Shown: positions 33,445 to 43,950 of the stretch, piece after piece | Numbering within the stretch: position 1 is the stretch's first letter | Layout: every line of letters starts with the position of its first letter | Source: Alicycliphilus sp. UBA6560 | Lineage (GTDB): Bacteria > Pseudomonadota > Gammaproteobacteria > Burkholderiales > Burkholderiaceae_C | Length of the DNA: 64,000 bases | Assembly: GCA_002434305.1 (NCBI GenBank) | Contig: DJJU01000001.1 | Location: forward strand, 53,051-117,050 | Direction: 5' to 3' | Notes under the pieces: generated by a model | Told to the model about the DNA's origin: nothing | The model's database searches: none | The model's input: only the letters and a program-made list of their open reading frames with translations | Position numbers and translations under genes: made by a program

Positions 33445-34592
33445 GCGGCGCGCCCAGCCCGGCACTGCCTGCCGCCGGGTGGTACGTCGGCCTGATGTCG
33501 GGCACCTCGCTCGACGGCGTGGACGGCGTGCTGGCCGAGGTGTCTGCCACTGGCTGCGCCGTGGCGCAGCACGCCGCCGTCCCGCTCGATTCCGAACTCA
33601 GAGCCGAGCTGCTCTCTCTGAACGCCCGCTACGGCGCGGACGAGCTGCACCGTGCCGCACTGGCCGCCAACGCCCTGATGCACGCCTACGCCCGCGTCGT
33701 GCATGAGCTGCTGGCACGCACCGGCCTGGCCGCCAGCGACGTGCAGGCCATCGGCGCCCATGGCCAGACGGTGCGCCACCAGCCTCAGATGCATGGCGGC
33801 ACGGGATACACGCTGCAGCTGTGCAATCCCGCCCTGCTGGCCGAGCGCACCGGCATCGCCGTGGTGGCCGACTTCCGCAGCCGCGACGTGGCCGCCGGCG
33901 GCCAGGGCGCGCCGCTGGTGCCGGCCTTTCACCGCTGCGTGTTCGGCCAAACGGCCCGCGCCACCGGCGTCCTCAACCTCGGCGGCATCGCCAACCTGAG
34001 CGTGCTGCGCGCCGACGGCGCCACGCTGGGCTTTGACTGCGGCCCTGCCAACGCACTGTTGGACTACTGGTGCCAGCAACACCAGCCCGGCCGCCTGTAC
34101 GACGAGGATGGTGCCTGGGCTGCCAGCGGCACGGTGCTGCCGGACCTGCTGCAGGCGCTACTGGCCGAACCGTTCTTGTCGCTGCCACCACCGCGCAGCA
34201 CGGGGCGCGATTTGTTCAATTCGCCCTGGCTGCTGCAACGGCTGCAGGACGGTGGGGCCCTGCAGGCTCGGCCGCAGGATGTGCAGGCCACGCTGGCCGA
34301 GTTCACCGCCCACGCCTGTGCCCAGGACATGCTGAACCACGCTGCCGAGGCACGGCTGCTCATCGTCTGCGGCGGCGGCGCACTGAACGGGCACTTGATG
34401 CAGCGCCTGCAGGCGCTGCTGCCCGGCGTGCGGGTCGAATCCTCGGCCCGGCACGGCTTGCCGCCGCTGCAGGTGGAAGCCGCCGCCTTTGCCTGGCTGG
34501 CCCGGCAGTGCATGCATGGCCAACCTGGCAATCTGCCTGCCGTCACGGGCGCACGCGGGCCGAGGATCCTGGGCGCCATCTATCCGGCATGA
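33441..34592 (+). CDS. anmK: Anhydro-N-acetylmuramic acid kinase
   Basis: WYVGLMSGTSLDGVDGVL is the signature N-terminus. GTG start with a GTGA overlap on the M23 stop. Confidence 0.9.
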   Translation: MSGAPSPALPAAGWYVGLMSGTSLDGVDGVLAEVSATGCAVAQHAAVPLDSELRAELLSLNARYGADELHRAALAANALMHAYARVVHELLARTGLAASDVQAIGAHGQTVRHQPQMHGGTGYTLQLCNPALLAERTGIAVVADFRSRDVAAGGQGAPLVPAFHRCVFGQTARATGVLNLGGIANLSVLRADGATLGFDCGPANALLDYWCQQHQPGRLYDEDGAWAASGTVLPDLLQALLAEPFLSLPPPRSTGRDLFNSPWLLQRLQDGGALQARPQDVQATLAEFTAHACAQDMLNHAAEARLLIVCGGGALNGHLMQRLQALLPGVRVESSARHGLPPLQVEAAAFAWLARQCMHGQPGNLPAVTGARGPRILGAIYPA

Positions 34593-34611
34593 AGGACCGG
34601 GCCTGTCCATG

Positions 34612-34637
34612 AAAAAACCGCCCGAGGGCGGTTTTTT
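34612..34637. terminator. Bidirectional intrinsic terminator between convergent anmK and erpA
   Basis: aaaaaaccgcccgagggcggtttttt is a GC stem flanked by an A-run and a T-run. Confidence 0.8.
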
Positions 34638-34661
34638 CGTTTGGGCTGCGCGCAGCGCGCC

Positions 34662-35036
34662 TCAGTGGTCCGTCGGCGAGAAACTGGAGCCGCAGCCGCA
34701 GGTGGTCTCGGCGTTGGGGTTCTTGATGACGAACTGCGCGCCCTGCAGGTCTTCCTTGTAGTCGATCTCGGCACCCACCAAGTACTGGAAGCTCATGGCG
34801 TCGATGAGCAGCGACACGCCATTCTTGGTCATGGTCGTGTCGTCGTCGTTGGTGATCTCATCAAACGTGAAGCCGTACTGGAAACCGGAGCAGCCGCCGC
34901 CCTGCACGAACACACGCAGCTTCAGGTCCGGGTTGCCCTCCTCGGCGATCAGGTCGGCCACCTTGGCGGCGGCGCTGTCGGTGAAGAGGATGGGACTGGG
35001 CATTTCGGTGGTGGTGGTTTCGGCAACGGCGCTCAT
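34662..35036 (-). CDS. erpA: Iron-sulfur cluster insertion protein ErpA
   Basis: [21 protein letters not shown]...[10 protein letters not shown] are A-type carrier Cys motifs. ORF trimmed to ATG 35036. Confidence 0.9.
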   Translation of the reverse strand: MSAVAETTTTEMPSPILFTDSAAAKVADLIAEEGNPDLKLRVFVQGGGCSGFQYGFTFDEITNDDDTTMTKNGVSLLIDAMSFQYLVGAEIDYKEDLQGAQFVIKNPNAETTCGCGSSFSPTDH

Positions 35037-35178
35037 GAGGGGGCTCCTTGGCAGTGGTATGCGGGATGTTAAGGCAAACCCTGTGGCGCCGCAGAGGTAG
35101 TAGCGCTTGCCGCCAGGGCGTATAAGGCTTTTGCCAGAGGTGGGGGCGTAAGCCGCGGCATGCAATGCCCGCAGGCAC

Positions 35179-35205
35179 AAAAAAACCGCCACAAGGGCGG
35201 TTTTT
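35179..35205 (-). terminator. Intrinsic terminator after rpsI
   Basis: aaaaaaaccgccacaagggcggttttt has stem CCGCC/GGCGG with a 7-nt U tract on the minus strand. Confidence 0.75.
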
Positions 35206-35226
35206 CGGGTTTCCAGGGCTGAAGAA

Positions 35227-35619
35227 TCAGCGCTTGGAGAACTGCTTGGCGCGGCGTGCAGAGTGCAGACCGACCTTCTTACGCTCGACTTCGCGGGCGT
35301 CACGGGTCACGAAGCCGGCAGCGCTGAGCTGGGGCTTGAGCGTGGCGTCGTAGTCGATCAGGGCGCGGGTGATGCCGTGGCGGGCAGCGCCGGCCTGGCC
35401 GGACTCCCCACCGCCGTGCACGTTCACCTGGATGTCGAAGGTCTCGACATGGTTGGTGAGCACCAGCGGCTGCTTGGCGATCATGATGGATGTTTCGCGG
35501 CCGAAATACTGCTGAATGTCCTTGCCATTCACAGTGATCTTGCCGGAACCCTTCTTCAGAAACACGCGGGCGACGCTGGACTTGCGACGGCCGGTGCCAT
35601 TGTTCCATTCACCAATCAT
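35227..35619 (-). CDS. rpsI: 30S ribosomal protein S9
   Basis: [25 protein letters not shown]...[10 protein letters not shown]. Confidence 0.97.
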   Translation of the reverse strand: MIGEWNNGTGRRKSSVARVFLKKGSGKITVNGKDIQQYFGRETSIMIAKQPLVLTNHVETFDIQVNVHGGGESGQAGAARHGITRALIDYDATLKPQLSAAGFVTRDAREVERKKVGLHSARRAKQFSKR

Positions 35620-35628
35620 CTCGGCTCC

Positions 35629-36057
35629 TTAGATATCCAGCACTTTGGGCTGCTGTGCGCTGTGCGGATGCTCGCCGCCGCCGTAGACCTTGAGCTTCTT
35701 GGCCATGGCGTAACCCAGGGGGCCCTTGGGCAGCATGCCCTTGACGGCCTTTTCCAGGGCGCGGCCGGGGTGCTTGGCCTGCAGGTCGCGGAAATTGGTG
35801 GCAGTGATGCCGCCGGGGAAGCCCGAGTGGCGGTAGTACACCTTGTCCGTGGACTTGGTACCCGTCACTTTGAGCTTGGAGGCGTTGATGACGACGATGT
35901 AATCGCCGGTGTCAACGTGAGGCGTGTAGATGGCTTTGTGCTTGCCGCGCAGACGGAGGGCCACTTCGCTGGCGACCCGACCGAGCACCTTATCGGTGGC
36001 GTCAATCACAAACCACTCGTGCACGACCTCAGCAGGCTTTGCGCTGAAGGTGGTCAT
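35629..36057 (-). CDS. rplM: 50S ribosomal protein L13
   Basis: [41 protein letters not shown]... is 142 aa. The 379-aa track ORF is an artefactual 5' extension. Confidence 0.97.
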   Translation of the reverse strand: MTTFSAKPAEVVHEWFVIDATDKVLGRVASEVALRLRGKHKAIYTPHVDTGDYIVVINASKLKVTGTKSTDKVYYRHSGFPGGITATNFRDLQAKHPGRALEKAVKGMLPKGPLGYAMAKKLKVYGGGEHPHSAQQPKVLDI

Positions 36058-36189
36058 GGTGAGTTTTCTCTCTAGAAAGAAGAGGGTTTGGCCGGTCCTT
36101 TTCCACGGTCGGTGCTCCTCTGATGGAAGCCTCTTAGGTGGGTGCTTAGGGCCTCGCCGCGGGACCTGAAAAACGCTGCGAAGCCCGCC

Positions 36190-36195
36190 ATTATA
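36190..36195 (-). promoter_or_regulatory. Candidate -10 box for the rplM-rpsI operon
   Basis: A perfect TATAAT on the minus strand in otherwise GC-rich intergenic DNA, about 130 nt upstream of rplM. No good -35 found. Confidence 0.3.
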
Positions 36196-36227
36196 TAACG
36201 GCGGTCCGCAACCGGTGCCCGCTGCCG

Positions 36228-38162
36228 CTACTGCGGGTACAACTGTTGCTGGCGCGCTGCTTCCTCGCGCTGGCGGCGCGCCGCCACGCACACCGGGTGG
36301 CCGGCCAATGCCGACGACTGGCATTGCTCGTGGATGCACATGGGCCGGGACAGGAAACTGGCGGAAGCGCAGGCCTCCTCCGGGCCGGGCACGCGCACGG
36401 CGGGCGCCGGGCGTGAGGCTGGCGGGCGCGGTTCGGGCGGCGCTGCGACCTGCACCGGCGGCTCGGGCGCTGGCGGTGTACGGGGCGCCTCCTCCACGCG
36501 GCGTGGCGTGCGGGCGCGGGGCACCGGGGCTACGGCTGCCGGCTGGAGCGCGGCGGCGGCCTCGCTGGCAGCGGCCTCGGCCTCGCCGGCCGTCGCCTCG
36601 GCCAGGGTTGCCTCGGTCTCCGGTGCGGGCAGGGGCTGCGGCGCAGCCGGCGGCGCCAGCTCGGTGATGATTTCGCTCTCGGGCGTATAGCGCGGGCGCT
36701 GCTGGTGCTGCTGACCCCACCACCAGGCCGCGGCCAGCAGCACCAGCAGCGAGGCACCCATGGCCCACATCAGCCGGGCACGTCCTGCAGCAGCCGCGCT
36801 GCCAGGCGCGGAGCGCACGGACTCAGCCGGGCCGGTGGGCGGCGATTCTTCTGCCGCAGACCGCTGCCTGCCCGCTTTGGATTTGCGCGGCGGCGGTGGA
36901 TCAAGCGCCAGGTTGCGCGTATCGGCGAACGCCGTCGGGTCCCAGTCGGCGGCCACGGTCTCGGCGAAAGCCATCGCGCTCTCGGGCTGAGCCTCCGCCT
37001 GCTCCAGCGCCGCGGGCGCGGTGTCGCGTGACAGCGGCGCCGAATAGGGCTGGGACAGCCCCGACAGGTCGATGACCTTGTTACTGGCCACGCCCTGCGC
37101 ATCCTTGCTCGAAGGCTCGACCCAGACGTCGCCCAGTTCGGCGCGGAAATCGAAATGCTCCAGCCCCGCCGGGGCTTCGGTCATGGCCATTTCCTGCAGG
37201 AATTCGTCGATGGTCTGCGGCCTGTCTTCGGGCTGCAGCTGCAGGCTGTGGGCCACGGAATCGATGAAGGGGCGCGAATACTCCACGCCGAACTGCTTGC
37301 GCACGGTGCGCGCCACGCGCGAGAACGGCACCATGCGGTCGCGGATGGCACGCAGCGTGGCCGGCAGCGGGGTGTCGTTGCACAGGCAGCCGTGCACCAC
37401 GGCGCCCAGCGAATACAGATCGCTCCAGGGCCCCTGCTGCAACTGCTGGCCGGCGTCGGTGTACTGCTCGATGGGAGCGTAGTTGACCTTGAGCACCGAG
37501 GTCAGCCGCTGCGAGGTGTCGCCGATGACGTGGCGCGCGGCGCCCAGGTCCAGCAGCACGGGCGGGCCCGAGTCCTGCAAAAAGATGTTGTCCGGCGAGA
37601 TGTCGCGGTGCAGGGCCTGGCCCTCGTGCAGCACGCGCAGCGCGCTGGTCACCGACCACAGCAGCTTGCGCAGCCAGGCCTCGGGCGGCGGCGTGCGCAT
37701 GTGGGCACGCGCCTGCTTGAGCGTCATGCCGCTGTACAGCGGCATGACCATGTAGGCCGTGTGATTGGCCTCCCAGAAACGGAACACCTTGACCAGCGAG
37801 GGATGGTCGAACTGCGCCAGCAGGCGGGCCTCGCCCACGAAGGACGCCAGGCCCGCCTGATAGGACTGTTCGTCCGAGGACGAGCGCACCCACAGCGACT
37901 GCCCGTCGGCGCGGCCAGCCAGGGCGGCCGGCATGTATTCCTTGATGGCCACGAAGCGCAGCAGCGAATGGTCGAACGCCTGGTAGACCATGCCGAAGCC
38001 GCCCACGCCCAGCAGCGCCAGCACCTCGAACTCGCCCAGCCGCGTGCCCGGCGGCAGGGCGTCGACATGGTGGGCGACGCTGGCGGGGGTGGCTTGGGCA
38101 GGAGGGGCGGACATGGATGCGGTGCGGGTGGCTGGGCTCGGCAGCGGTGCATTGTGCGTCAT
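36228..38162 (-). CDS. Hanks-type Ser/Thr protein kinase with TM segment, Pro/Ala-rich extracytoplasmic region and a 4-Cys C-terminal motif
   Basis: [16 protein letters not shown], catalytic loop [20 protein letters not shown] segment [20 protein letters not shown]-terminus [28 protein letters not shown]. Start is ATG 38162 or 38114. Confidence 0.85.
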   Translation of the reverse strand: MTHNAPLPSPATRTASMSAPPAQATPASVAHHVDALPPGTRLGEFEVLALLGVGGFGMVYQAFDHSLLRFVAIKEYMPAALAGRADGQSLWVRSSSDEQSYQAGLASFVGEARLLAQFDHPSLVKVFRFWEANHTAYMVMPLYSGMTLKQARAHMRTPPPEAWLRKLLWSVTSALRVLHEGQALHRDISPDNIFLQDSGPPVLLDLGAARHVIGDTSQRLTSVLKVNYAPIEQYTDAGQQLQQGPWSDLYSLGAVVHGCLCNDTPLPATLRAIRDRMVPFSRVARTVRKQFGVEYSRPFIDSVAHSLQLQPEDRPQTIDEFLQEMAMTEAPAGLEHFDFRAELGDVWVEPSSKDAQGVASNKVIDLSGLSQPYSAPLSRDTAPAALEQAEAQPESAMAFAETVAADWDPTAFADTRNLALDPPPPRKSKAGRQRSAAEESPPTGPAESVRSAPGSAAAAGRARLMWAMGASLLVLLAAAWWWGQQHQQRPRYTPESEIITELAPPAAPQPLPAPETEATLAEATAGEAEAAASEAAAALQPAAVAPVPRARTPRRVEEAPRTPPAPEPPVQVAAPPEPRPPASRPAPAVRVPGPEEACASASFLSRPMCIHEQCQSSALAGHPVCVAARRQREEAARQQQLYPQ

Positions 38163-38194
38163 CGCGGACGCGGCGCCCTGGTTACCATCGCCGC

Positions 38195-39079
38195 ATGTTT
38201 AGTTATCGCCACGCCTTCCACGCAGGCAACCACGCCGACGTGCTCAAGCACACGGTGCTCATCGCCACCTTGCAGCATCTGTTGCTCAAGGAGGCCGCGC
38301 TCATGGTGCTGGACACCCACGCCGGCGCCGGCCTGTACCGCCTGGACGGCGACTACGCCAGCACCAGCGGCGAGAGCGCCGACGGCATCGCCCGGCTGCT
38401 GGCCGCGCCCGGCCCGCTGGCGCCGGCGCTGCAGGCGTATGTGGACACCGTGCGCGCCTTCAACCAGGGCCCCCAGGCGCGGGTCTACCCCGGCTCGCCC
38501 TTCATCGCCCAGCGCCTGCTGCGCACGCACGACCGCCTGAAGCTGTTCGAGTTGCACCCCAGCGACGCCCGTGCGCTGGAGCGCAACGTGGAGCAGCTCG
38601 AAGCCGGCCGCCAGGTGGCGGTGCTGCGCGAGGACGGCTTCGAGGGCGCCCGCAAGCTCTTGCCCCCACCGGCCCGCAGGGCGCTTGTGCTGTGCGACCC
38701 CAGCTATGAAATCAAGAGCGACTACGGCCGCGTGCAGGACATGCTGCAGGACGCCTTGAAGCGCTTTGCCACCGGCGCCTACGCCATCTGGTACCCCATC
38801 ATTCCGCGCCCGGAGGCGCACGATCTGCCGCGCCGCCTGAAGGCCCTGGCCACCAAGGCCGGCAAGCCCTGGCTGCACGCCACGCTGACGGTGAAGGGCA
38901 GCAAGCTGGCGCCGCCGGCGGCCGGCGACAGCCGCCGCCCCGGGCTGCCGGCCAGCGGCATGTTCGTGGTCAATCCGCCCTATACCCTGCAGGCTGCCCT
39001 GCGCGAGGCGCTGCCCCAGATGGCCGAGCTGCTGGCGCAGGACCGGCACGCCGGCCACACGCTGGAAGCCGGCGGCTGA
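38195..39079 (+). CDS. rlmJ: 23S rRNA (adenine2030-N6)-methyltransferase
   Basis: MFSYRHAFHAGNHADVLKHTVL is the characteristic RlmJ N-terminus, plus DPSYE. ORF trimmed to ATG 38195. Confidence 0.85.
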   Translation: MFSYRHAFHAGNHADVLKHTVLIATLQHLLLKEAALMVLDTHAGAGLYRLDGDYASTSGESADGIARLLAAPGPLAPALQAYVDTVRAFNQGPQARVYPGSPFIAQRLLRTHDRLKLFELHPSDARALERNVEQLEAGRQVAVLREDGFEGARKLLPPPARRALVLCDPSYEIKSDYGRVQDMLQDALKRFATGAYAIWYPIIPRPEAHDLPRRLKALATKAGKPWLHATLTVKGSKLAPPAAGDSRRPGLPASGMFVVNPPYTLQAALREALPQMAELLAQDRHAGHTLEAGG

Positions 39080-39085
39080 CGCCGC

Positions 39086-39847
39086 CTAGCGCTTGCGCGG
39101 CTTGCGCCGTGCCTTGGGCTTCTGGACGGCCTTGGCGGGCTTGGCGGCCTTGGTGGGCGGCGCAAGCTGCAGGGCCTCGTCGGCCGCAGCCGCGTCCAGC
39201 CCCAGGCTGGAGCCTTCCACCTGCGTCTCCAGGTCCTCGGGACAGTTGTCGCTGCCCTCGTCCAGGCGCCACAGCTGCACCGGCTTGATGCCCAGGCCGA
39301 CCATGCCCAGCTCCTCGGCGGCGGCGCGGCTCAGGTCGATGACGCGGCCGCGCACGAAGGGCCCGCGGTCGTTGATGCGCACCATGACGGTGCGGCCGTT
39401 GACCAGGCTGCGCACGCACAGGCGCGCGCCAAAGGGCAGACTGCGGTGCGCGGCCGTCAGCTCCTCGCGGTCATAACGCTCGCCGTTGGCGGTCCGCCGC
39501 CCGTGCAGGCTGTCGGCATACCAGGACGCCTGGCCGCTGCCCAGCAGCACCGGAGGTTCAGTGGTCGCAGGCTCGGGCGGCAGGCGCAGACCGGGCGGAC
39601 CGGAAGTTTCCGCCGGGCCACGCTCGGGCTTGATGCGCAGCGCCGGCTCCGCCCTGCTGGGCGGCGCCCGCGGCGCAATGCTGGGGGTGGATGCCGGGGC
39701 TGTGGCCTCTGGCGCCGCAGCGACAGGCTCTGGCGGCGCAGCCGGCGGCGCGGCGCAGCCGGCAATCACGGCGGCAGTGGCCACGGCCCAGAGCAGTCGC
39801 AGGGAGAGTGGATGCATGGAGATGGCATTCATGCGTTGCGCAAGCAA
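39086..39847 (-). CDS. rlpA: Septal-ring lytic transglycosylase RlpA-family lipoprotein
   Basis: Lipobox AVIAGC. DPBB domain GQASWYADSLHGRRTANGERYD...VRINDRGPFVRGRVIDLS. Lys-rich tail. Confidence 0.85.
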   Translation of the reverse strand: MLAQRMNAISMHPLSLRLLWAVATAAVIAGCAAPPAAPPEPVAAAPEATAPASTPSIAPRAPPSRAEPALRIKPERGPAETSGPPGLRLPPEPATTEPPVLLGSGQASWYADSLHGRRTANGERYDREELTAAHRSLPFGARLCVRSLVNGRTVMVRINDRGPFVRGRVIDLSRAAAEELGMVGLGIKPVQLWRLDEGSDNCPEDLETQVEGSSLGLDAAAADEALQLAPPTKAAKPAKAVQKPKARRKPRKR

Positions 39848-39880
39848 GGCACTTTAGCCGCCCCGGCCCCACGCGCTGTT

Positions 39881-40726
39881 TCAGAGCTTGAGGCGCTCGC
39901 AGATGGCCAGCGTGGCCGCGCTCTGGTTCATGGTGTAGAAGTGCAGGCCCGGCGCGCCGGCGCGCAGCAGCTGCTCGCACAGCTGGGTGACCACGTCCAG
40001 GCCAAAGGCGCGGATGCTGGCCACGTCGTCGCCATAGCCCTGCAGACGCAGCCGGATCCAGCGCGGAATTTCGGCGCCGCAGGCGTCGGAAAAGCGCAGC
40101 AGCTGACTGGCTCCGGTGATCGGCATGATGCCCGGCACCACCGGCACGTCCAGCCCCAGCCGGCGCGTGTCCTGCACGAAGCGCTGGTAGGCGTCGGCGT
40201 TGAAGAAGTACTGGGTGATGGCCGAGTCGGCGCCGGCGCGCACCTTGGCGGCGAAGGCCTGCAGGTCGGCCTCGGCGCTGCGCGCCTGGGGGTGGACCTC
40301 GGGGTAGGCCGCCACCTCGATGTGGAAGTCCTTGCCCGTCTCGGCGCGGATGAAGGCCACCAGGTCGCTGGCATAGTGGAATTCGCCGCCCACACCGTAG
40401 CCGCTGGGCAGGTCGCCGCGCAGGGCGACCAGACGCTTGACGCCCATGGCCTTGAGCTGTGCCAGCTGCGCGCGCACGCTGTCCCGCGTGGCGCCGATGC
40501 ACGAGAAGTGCGAGGCCGCATCCACGCCCTCGGCCAGGATCTCGCGCACGGCGGCGAAGGTGCCCTCCTGCGTGGAGCCGCCGGCGCCGTAGGTGACGGA
40601 GCAAAACTGCGGCGCGCGCGCATACAGCTGCTGGCGCACGCCGCGCAGCTTCTCGGCGCCCTCGGGCATCTTGGGCGGGAAGAATTCGAAGCTGATGGGC
40701 AGCAGCGTTGCGGTCGTCGTGCTCAT
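39881..40726 (-). CDS. metF: Methylenetetrahydrofolate reductase
   Basis: ISFEFFPPKMPEGAEKL...FCSVTYGAGGST...ITQYFFN...LHFYTMN. ATGA overlap with the upstream gene. Confidence 0.92.
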   Translation of the reverse strand: MSTTTATLLPISFEFFPPKMPEGAEKLRGVRQQLYARAPQFCSVTYGAGGSTQEGTFAAVREILAEGVDAASHFSCIGATRDSVRAQLAQLKAMGVKRLVALRGDLPSGYGVGGEFHYASDLVAFIRAETGKDFHIEVAAYPEVHPQARSAEADLQAFAAKVRAGADSAITQYFFNADAYQRFVQDTRRLGLDVPVVPGIMPITGASQLLRFSDACGAEIPRWIRLRLQGYGDDVASIRAFGLDVVTQLCEQLLRAGAPGLHFYTMNQSAATLAICERLKL

Positions 40727-41730
40727 GCGGCGCTCCGGAGGTCGGCGTGGATGAAGAATTCGCGGTTGCCGTCGCCGCCTTCGATGGGGCTGTCCAGCCA
40801 GGCGCGCACGCGCAGGCCCAGTTGCTCGCAGGCGGCGCGCAGGCGCTCCTCGACCTGGGCGTACAGGCTGGCGTCGCGCACGATGCCGCCCTTGCCGACC
40901 TGGCCGGGCTGCAGCTCGAACTGGGGCTTGACCAGCATCAGCAGCTGACCACCCGGCTGCAGCAGCGGCACCAAGGCCGGCAGCACCAGGGTCAGCGAGA
41001 TGAAGGACACGTCGCCCGTGATGAACGGGAAGGCAGGCGTGATGTCCACCTGCTCGCGCCCGGCGCGGCGGCGGCGCACGGTGGGCAGGCTGCCGGCGGC
41101 GCGGGCCTGGGCGCGGGCGGCGCGCTCGGCCTTGAAGGCCTCGACCTCGTGCTCCTTGGCGTCGGCACTGTCGTCGTACTCGTCGTCCACCAAGCCGCCG
41201 TTGCGCATCCAGGCGTAGGGGGCCTGGGGCTGGGTGTCGTTGTCTTCGGGCTCGGCGTCGATGCGCTCGGACAGGGCTTCCTCGCAGGCCTCCTGCAGCG
41301 CCTCGGGCGTGAGGTGGCGGGCGTTCACGCCCTCCACGCCGACCACGCGGGCGTCGGCCTGCAGTCGCTCGTGCAGCTGGCCCTGGCCCACGTCCACGCC
41401 GATGACCTGCGCCGCGCCGTGCGCCAACAGGCAGTCGGTGAAACCGCCCGTGCCCTGACCCACGTCCAGGCAGCGCAGGCCGGCCACGTCGATGCCGGCG
41501 GCAGCCAGCGCGCCTTCGAGCTTCAGGCCGCCGCGCGAGAGGTACTTGGCCTCGGCCGCGTCCAGCAGCTGCACCTGGGCGCCGGGCGGGATGTCGTCGC
41601 CGTTCTTGCCCACCTTCTGCCACGGCAGCGTGGCCGCCAGGCGCCATTGCACGCCCGCGGCGATCAGCCGCTGGGCCTGCGAGCGGGTGGCCGCATGGCC
41701 GCCCTCCACCAAAAACACGTCCGCGCGCAT
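40723..41730 (-). CDS. tlyA: TlyA-family (FtsJ-like) rRNA 2'-O-methyltransferase with a long charged insertion
   Basis: S4-like MRADVFLVEGGHAATRSQAQRLI, YLSRGGLKLEGAL, LDVGQGTGGFTDCLL, GDVSFISL, LVKPQFE. About 85 aa of acidic/basic sequence lie between the NARHL and DVSFISL motifs. Confidence 0.8.
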   Translation of the reverse strand: MRADVFLVEGGHAATRSQAQRLIAAGVQWRLAATLPWQKVGKNGDDIPPGAQVQLLDAAEAKYLSRGGLKLEGALAAAGIDVAGLRCLDVGQGTGGFTDCLLAHGAAQVIGVDVGQGQLHERLQADARVVGVEGVNARHLTPEALQEACEEALSERIDAEPEDNDTQPQAPYAWMRNGGLVDDEYDDSADAKEHEVEAFKAERAARAQARAAGSLPTVRRRRAGREQVDITPAFPFITGDVSFISLTLVLPALVPLLQPGGQLLMLVKPQFELQPGQVGKGGIVRDASLYAQVEERLRAACEQLGLRVRAWLDSPIEGGDGNREFFIHADLRSAA

Positions 41731-41746
41731 CGCGCCTTCCTCTCTC

Positions 41747-41840
41747 TTTTTGATAGCTGCTGGCGCTTGCCACAAGCCGTTTTCAGATGATTTTCATATT
41801 GAAAACGGCACAAAACAAGCGCTAGCAGCTATGATTTTTG
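41747..41840. repeat. Composite, nested-palindrome copy of the intergenic repeat family, between ahcY and tlyA
   Basis: gatagctgctggcgcttgcc ... caagcgctagcagctatga are inverted arms enclosing a second hairpin, gccgttttca...tgaaaacggc. Confidence 0.7.
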
Positions 41841-41844
41841 ACGC

Positions 41845-43290
<1,446 letters not shown>

Positions 43291-43369
43291 GGGTTTTCCT
43301 TCGTGAAAGAAGCAGGATGAAAACCACGCGCCTGGGGCGAAAGATACGGCTCACCGCACAGACAAAGCG

Positions 43370-43450
43370 TGGGCGAGCGTCGTTGCGGTCAGTCGATGTT
43401 TCCGAGCCTCACGCCCCGCCGGTTGGGGGCGCTGCAACGCTCCTCGGAAA
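43370..43450 (-). promoter_or_regulatory. SAH (S-adenosylhomocysteine) riboswitch in the ahcY leader
   Basis: Minus strand reads CCGAGGAGCGUUGCAGCGCCCCCAACCGGCGGGGCGUGAGGCUCGGAAACAUCGACUGACCGCAACGACGCUCGCC. CCGAG pairs with CUCGG, there is an internal GC hairpin, and the downstream AACGACGCUC can pair with GAGCG, as in the SAH riboswitch consensus. It ends about 80 nt upstream of the ahcY ATG. Confidence 0.8.
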
Positions 43451-43601
43451 GCGGCGATTTTAATACAGCCGTCTCCCCCTTCAGCCTGCCGGCGCATGAG
43501 CCGGGCGACGACCTGCGCGACATGCACCTTCCTACAGCGGCTGCCTGCTGGCCAGCCATGTAATCAGCACCATGATCAACCCCATGAGAGAGAGCACCCC
43601 C

Positions 43602-43835
43602 ATGAAGAACATTCTTGCCATCGGTCTCGTGTCCATTGGCCTCGTCGGCCTGGTGGGCTGCGACGTGAAGAAGACCCAGGAAGGCAACGTCACGCTGCCC
43701 AAATACGAAGTGGAAAAAACCCAGTCGGGCGACGTCACGCTGCCCAAGTACGACGTGAAGACGCCCGACGTCAACGTGACCACCGAAAAGAAGGTCATTG
43801 AAGTGCCAAAGGTCGAGGTCACGCCAGCCAAGTGA
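43602..43835 (+). CDS. Small lipoprotein with an internal duplicated motif
   Basis: MKNILAIGLVSIGLVGLVGC has a lipobox. The mature part contains GNVTLPKYEVEKTQ and GDVTLPKYDVKTP repeats. Confidence 0.6.
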   Translation: MKNILAIGLVSIGLVGLVGCDVKKTQEGNVTLPKYEVEKTQSGDVTLPKYDVKTPDVNVTTEKKVIEVPKVEVTPAK

Positions 43836-43950
43836 TCGGCAGGGGCAGGACCGCCGCGCCGGCCGGTCGCTGCCCCCTGCGCGTGGCACGGGATAATCGC
43901 GGGTTTCCCATCCCTTTTGCGCCGCGCGAGCCCGTGCGGCCTCTGCCCGA

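Noticed and set aside
36058-36768. 379-aa version of the rplM ORF
   Set aside because: L13 is about 142 aa and the conserved sequence begins at [11 protein letters not shown] (ATG 36057). The extension is Arg/Gly/Ala-rich shadow sequence that overlaps the kinase gene's 3' end.
43836-43950. GC-rich hairpin (ggcaggggcag...ctgccccctgc) after the small lipoprotein gene as a terminator
   Set aside because: The stem is imperfect and there is no following U tract. I was not confident enough to annotate it.
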